DNA of 32,000 bases from Methanothermobacter marburgensis str. Marburg. GTDB taxonomy: Archaea > Methanobacteriota > Methanobacteria > Methanobacteriales > Methanothermobacteraceae. The DNA is taken from the NCBI RefSeq assembly GCF_000145295.1, contig NC_014408.1, positions 210,001 to 242,000 on the forward strand, given 5' to 3'. Of the stretch, positions 28,113 through 32,000 are shown piece after piece; within the stretch, counting starts at the first letter, position 1; each line of letters starts with the position of its first letter. The notes below the pieces were generated by a model. The model saw only the letters and a program-made list of their open reading frames with translations. It did no database searches and was not told the origin of the DNA. A program made the position numbers and the translations under genes.

Positions 28113-28361
28113 ATGTGTATTGCAGCACCTGCTCAGATTATTGAAATTGACAGTGAGGATAACGTTGCCACCGTCGACTTTGGTGGTGTGAGGCAACAGG
28201 TGAAACTTGATCTTGTGGATGACGTTGAGGAGGGCAAGTATGTGCTTGTTCACTCAGGCTACGCCATTGAGGTCATGTCTGACGAGGCGGCCAGGGAGTC
28301 CCTGGAGGCCTGGGATGAACTTCTGAAGGCCCTTGAAGAGGAGGATAACCTGGAGATTTAA
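28113..28361 (+). CDS. hypC: [NiFe]-hydrogenase maturation chaperone HypC/HupF
   Basis: 82 aa. Shows the N-terminal MCIAAPAQI (essential Cys2) and YVLVHSGYAIEV. GGAGAGGGT SD. Confidence 0.92.
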   Translation: MCIAAPAQIIEIDSEDNVATVDFGGVRQQVKLDLVDDVEEGKYVLVHSGYAIEVMSDEAARESLEAWDELLKALEEEDNLEI

Positions 28362-28395
28362 TTTCCAGGATTCCATTTAATTTTAAAGATTCTGG

Positions 28396-28405
28396 TTTAT
28401 TTTTT
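28396..28405 (+). terminator. Oligo-T tract downstream of hypC
   Basis: TTTATTTTTT lies 35 nt after the hypC stop, in the 68-bp convergent gap with trpY. Confidence 0.4.
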
Positions 28406-28429
28406 GCCGTCGTTGTGTACTGACGTCCT

Positions 28430-28939
28430 TCAGTATATCGACACCCTTTTAACACCATCTATTTTCAGGAATTCCCTGAGGAGACTGCCGGGTATCGGTT
28501 TTCCTGTTATTATTGTAAGTTTTGGATTTTCATCCAGTTCAGGGTCCCCTGCGTGTGCCTGCCTTATGGTTATACCGCTACCGGATATCAGCTCTGCAGC
28601 GGCAGCAAGTATCCCGGGATTACGGGCCTCCGCCTCTATCTCCACAACACCAAAGTCAAGTTCGGCTGCAGCGTCCCTCAGGAGTGCCCCTGCTGGTCTG
28701 AGGTTCTGGAATATCCCCCTGAGTTTTTCGTCCTCCAGGATGGTTTCTGCCGTTGCCCTGACTGTTCTCCTGTCAACGCCTATGGCCCTTGCAAGGGCAA
28801 CGTCATTTATTTCAACGTCATCACAGTAGACCTTTCCATCAGGGTCTATTCTGAGTCCCAGCTCTATGATCTTCCTTGCAACATCCATTCTCGAAGGGTA
28901 TCTTTCGAATCTGTGCTTTATCTGATTCCACATAACCAC
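28430..28939 (-). CDS. trpY: Tryptophan-operon transcriptional regulator TrpY (HTH plus ACT-like ligand-binding domain)
   Basis: An N-terminal HTH-like segment (DVALARAIGVDRRTVRATAE) is followed by an ACT-like C-terminal half. The gene is divergently transcribed from trpE across a 91-bp region carrying TGTACA boxes. This matches the published M. thermautotrophicus trpY arrangement as I recall it. Start is GTG 28939 or ATG 28933. Confidence 0.8.
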   Translation of the reverse strand: MVMWNQIKHRFERYPSRMDVARKIIELGLRIDPDGKVYCDDVEINDVALARAIGVDRRTVRATAETILEDEKLRGIFQNLRPAGALLRDAAAELDFGVVEIEAEARNPGILAAAAELISGSGITIRQAHAGDPELDENPKLTIITGKPIPGSLLREFLKIDGVKRVSIY

Positions 28940-28949
28940 ACCACATCAA

Positions 28950-29003
28950 TGTACATTATTATACAGGCAAGATTTAAATAGTACTTTCATGTATAAGTAC
29001 TTT
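28950..29003. promoter_or_regulatory. trpY-trpE control region: TRP-box-like GTAC-core sites flanking the trpE TATA box
   Basis: Sites: TGTACA 28950-28955, TATACA 28960-28965, TATA box TTTAAATA 28973-28980, AGTACTTT 28980-28987, TGTATA 28990-28995, AGTACTTT 28996-29003. The AAGGTGAT SD lies at 29014-29021 and the trpE ATG at 29031. Confidence 0.65.
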
Positions 29004-29030
29004 GTGGATTAATTAAGGTGATGGGAATGC

Positions 29031-30416
29031 ATGGGAGTGAATGTTTTTGGCATTATAAACCTGGAAAAACCCAGAAAAGAAAAACTGGAATTCCGAGAAC
29101 CCTTTGAAGTATTCAAAAGTATCTATTCTGAATATGAGTCTTCATTCCTTCTTGAGTCCATGGAAAGTGACACTGGACTTGCAAGGTACTCCTTCATTGG
29201 ATTTGAACCTGAGATGATAATAAGGGCCCGTGAAGGGGTCATTGAGATTGATGATGGCGATTCCAGGGAGGAGTTTGATTCAAAAAACCCATTCGAGGAC
29301 CTCAGGGGATTCCTGAAGATGGAAAAAAACTCCGGAGGATTCTGCGGGGGACTCGTGGGTTACATATCCTATCAGGCCGCAAGGTTCTTTGACACAATCA
29401 GGCTCAGTGAAGGTGATTTCCCCGACTTCGAATTTGGACTCTTCCTTGATGGTATCATGTTCAACCACCTGACAGGGGAATGCAGCTACATCAGCCGCCA
29501 CGGCAACAGACTACCTGATATATCCCCTCTCCTTGGGGATGAGGTCCCCACAGGGACCCTGGGATACAGGAGGGAAAGAACACTCCTCTCAAAGAGGAGG
29601 TACATGGACATGGTCCTTGAGGCCAAGGAGAGAATAAGGGAGGGTGAAATATTTCAGGCAGTGCTCTCCAGTGCCACAGATTACAGGCTGAGGGGAGACA
29701 GGCTCGCATTCTATGAATCCCTCAGGAGGATAAACCCCTCACCATACATGTACCACCTTAAACTGGGTGAACGGGAGATAACCGGCTCAAGCCCCGAGAT
29801 GCTTGTCAGGGTTGAAGATAGAAGGATTGAAACATTTCCCATTGCAGGAACACGCCCTCGTGGAAGGACAGAAGAGGAGGACGGGGTGATAGCATCTGAT
29901 CTTTTATCTGATGAAAAGGAACTTGCAGAGCACCTCATGCTGGTTGACCTGGCCCGGAACGATATAGGGCGGGTATCGGAGTTCGGATCGGTGGAGGTAC
30001 CTGAATACATGACCATAAAGAGGTTCTCCCATGTGCAGCACATACTCTCCCATGTAACAGGTAAACTGAGGGATGGAATGGACGCAGTTGATGCACTGGG
30101 AGCTGTTTTTCCTGCAGGCACAGTGAGCGGCGCACCAAAGATAAGGGCAATGGAGATAATAGAGTCCCTTGAAGGTGTTCCAAGAAATGCCTATGCAGGC
30201 GCACTAGGCTACCTCTCACTCAATGGAAACGCGGACTTCGCAATAACCATAAGGTCAATGGTATGCCAGGGGAAAACAGGGAGAATCCAGGCGGGAGCAG
30301 GAATAGTGCATGACTCCATCCCTGAGATGGAATATCTGGAGTGCCAGAATAAGGCGAGGGCCCTTCTAAAATCAATGGAGATGGCAGGTGAACAAGTTGA
30401 TCCTGATAATCGATAA
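29031..30416 (+). CDS. trpE: Anthranilate synthase component I
   Basis: Shows LLES (Trp feedback site), SPEMLVRV, FPAGTVSGAPKIRAMEII and GIVHDS chorismate-binding family motifs. 461 aa. Confidence 0.95.
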   Translation: MGVNVFGIINLEKPRKEKLEFREPFEVFKSIYSEYESSFLLESMESDTGLARYSFIGFEPEMIIRAREGVIEIDDGDSREEFDSKNPFEDLRGFLKMEKNSGGFCGGLVGYISYQAARFFDTIRLSEGDFPDFEFGLFLDGIMFNHLTGECSYISRHGNRLPDISPLLGDEVPTGTLGYRRERTLLSKRRYMDMVLEAKERIREGEIFQAVLSSATDYRLRGDRLAFYESLRRINPSPYMYHLKLGEREITGSSPEMLVRVEDRRIETFPIAGTRPRGRTEEEDGVIASDLLSDEKELAEHLMLVDLARNDIGRVSEFGSVEVPEYMTIKRFSHVQHILSHVTGKLRDGMDAVDALGAVFPAGTVSGAPKIRAMEIIESLEGVPRNAYAGALGYLSLNGNADFAITIRSMVCQGKTGRIQAGAGIVHDSIPEMEYLECQNKARALLKSMEMAGEQVDPDNR

Positions 30417-30978
30417 CTATGACTCATTCACCCATAACCTCTACCAGATGGCAGGGGAGATCATGATGGAAATGGATTCTGCAGATATAATGGTTGTGAG
30501 AAACGATGAGGTGGACATTGATTATGTTAGGGGCCTTGATCCTGAAAGGATAATAATCTCCCCGGGTCCAGGCAACCCCATTAAGAGGGAAGATTTCGGC
30601 ATATGCAGTGAGGTGATAGGTGAATTCACTGATAGGCCCATACTGGGAGTCTGCCTCGGGCACCAGGGGATATTCCATTACTTTGGGGGGGTGGTTGGTT
30701 ACGGTGAACCTGTTCATGGAAAGATCAGCGAGGTCTTCCACGACGGATCAGAACTCTTCAGGGGAGTTCCAAATCCCTTCAGGGCCACAAGGTACCATTC
30801 ACTGAGATGTGAATGCAGTGGGGTGCCTGAGGACATCCTGGTATCTGCATCTGCACCTGACGGCACCATAATGGCCATAAGACACCGGCAGTATCCAGTC
30901 TACGGGTTACAGTTTCACCCGGAGTCAGCGGGAACCCCCCATGGGAGGGACATACTTGAAAATTTCCTCAGGATGTGA
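30388..30978 (+). CDS. trpG: Anthranilate synthase component II (glutamine amidotransferase)
   Basis: Shows [23 protein letters not shown] (catalytic Cys) and LQFHPES. GTG start at 30388 after GGAGATGG. It overlaps the trpE 3' end by 29 nt. Confidence 0.94.
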   Translation: MNKLILIIDNYDSFTHNLYQMAGEIMMEMDSADIMVVRNDEVDIDYVRGLDPERIIISPGPGNPIKREDFGICSEVIGEFTDRPILGVCLGHQGIFHYFGGVVGYGEPVHGKISEVFHDGSELFRGVPNPFRATRYHSLRCECSGVPEDILVSASAPDGTIMAIRHRQYPVYGLQFHPESAGTPHGRDILENFLRM

Positions 30979-30982
30979 TCAC

Positions 30983-31807
30983 ATGTCCATACTCCAGGAG
31001 ATAATAAGGTCAAGAAAACTTGAGATCAAAAATTTATCCAGAAAAAAGCCCCTTGAGGAGCTCAGGGATGAATTAACATCCCTGGACGAACCATTGAGTT
31101 TCACTGATGCCCTCACAGGAAACAGGGTATCACTCATATGCGAATATAAAAGGGCATCCCCCTCATCAGGAAGAACCTATGGGAGAGGCCTCCATGAGAT
31201 GATGGAGGTGTACAGGGAGGGAGCAGACGCTGTTTCTGTTATCACAGAGAACAGGTACTTCCATGGCTCCATCGAGTTCCTCAGGGAGGCTTCAGAATAT
31301 GGGATACCCCTCCTCATGAAGGACTTCGTGGTGGACGAGTACCAGATATACCAGGCAAGGGCATCAGGGGCATCATCGGTCCTCATCATAACAGGGGTTT
31401 TCCCTGACCTTGAATCAGGAATTGAAACCTGCAGGGAACTCTCAATGGAGCCCCTGGTGGAGTGTCACAGTGCAATCGACATATACAGGGCCATAGAGGC
31501 CGGGGCAGAGCTCATAGGAGTTAACAACAGAAACCTGGAAACACTTGAGGTTGACCTTGAGCGCACAAGGGCACTGGCCCCCCTGGTACCGGATGAGCTG
31601 CTTCTGGTATCCGAAAGCGGGGTCATGGGACCTGAGGATGCTGAGATCCTTGCAGGCTGCGGGGCAGACGCACTACTCATAGGAACCTCCCTCATGCTGG
31701 CCAGTGATCCACGGGAACTCCTTGATGAGATAATGGCAGCTGTTAAATCATGCAAACCTGGCAGAAAGAGGTATTCAGGGGATGAATTCTTTGAACAGTT
31801 CGCATGA
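30983..31807 (+). CDS. trpC: Indole-3-glycerol-phosphate synthase
   Basis: Shows [39 protein letters not shown] and SESG. Start placed at ATG 30983 (MSILQEII), 4 nt after the trpG stop, rather than the track start 30941, which overlaps trpG. Confidence 0.93.
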   Translation: MSILQEIIRSRKLEIKNLSRKKPLEELRDELTSLDEPLSFTDALTGNRVSLICEYKRASPSSGRTYGRGLHEMMEVYREGADAVSVITENRYFHGSIEFLREASEYGIPLLMKDFVVDEYQIYQARASGASSVLIITGVFPDLESGIETCRELSMEPLVECHSAIDIYRAIEAGAELIGVNNRNLETLEVDLERTRALAPLVPDELLLVSESGVMGPEDAEILAGCGADALLIGTSLMLASDPRELLDEIMAAVKSCKPGRKRYSGDEFFEQFA

Positions 31808-31834
31808 GCAATCTCGGGGATAGGGATGATTCAG

Positions 31835-32000
31835 ATGAAGATCAAGATCTGTGGGCTCACAAGGGAGGAGGATGTGGTCCTTGCAGATTCACTTGGGGCA
31901 GATTTACTGGGATTCATACATGCACGCAGGTCACCAAGGCACCTTGAACTGGGGGATGTGGCGGAGCTCTCCTCCCTCATACCAGATGAAAAGGCGGTTC
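31835..32000 (+). CDS. trpF: Phosphoribosylanthranilate isomerase, N-terminal part (continues beyond window end)
   Basis: The frame is open to the window edge and so is not in the track. My translation is MKIKICGLTREEDVVLADSLGADLLGFIHARRSPRHL..., a typical TrpF N-terminus. An in-frame ATG at 31826 is an alternative start. Confidence 0.85.
   Translation, partial: MKIKICGLTREEDVVLADSLGADLLGFIHARRSPRHLELGDVAELSSLIPDEKAV

Noticed and set aside
28404-28981. 141- and 142-aa plus-strand ORFs opposite trpY
   Set aside because: These are antisense shadows. The second would run through the trpY-trpE operator region.

Overview
The window reads as a chromosomal segment of a thermophilic Methanobacteriales methanogen. 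From memory, gene content, gene order and the 30-nt CRISPR repeat match Methanothermobacter thermautotrophicus and relatives; no search was possible. It is mostly densely packed housekeeping genes. Minus strand: topA (partial), a small zinc-ribbon ORF, a serB-coiled-coil fusion, tbp, an SF1 helicase, ahcY, cdc48, tyrA, a UbiB-type kinase, a flavoprotein disulfide reductase and trpY. Plus strand: a CYTH protein, the coenzyme-B genes aksA and hacA, a DUF98-like protein, fen, pelota, hypC and trpE-G-C-F (trpF runs off the window). The main accessory element is a 2.35-kb CRISPR array at 14060-16411. It has 36 identical 30-nt repeats, 35 unique spacers and a 632-bp AT-rich ORF-free leader. No cas gene lies anywhere in the window. 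The best candidates for undescribed biology are three. (1) A translationally coupled radical-SAM (2Fe-2S/4Fe-4S) plus divergent MraY/WecA-like membrane protein pair sits next to a UbiB kinase and a MurG-like glycosyltransferase. (2) tbp, serB::coiled-coil, a zinc-ribbon ORF and topA form a tight co-directional cluster. (3) Short duplications with about 59-67 bp spacing recur at gene ends, some preserving 'ghost' gene 3' termini. All functional calls rest on motifs I could read in the translations. No database search, alignment score or structure prediction was run.
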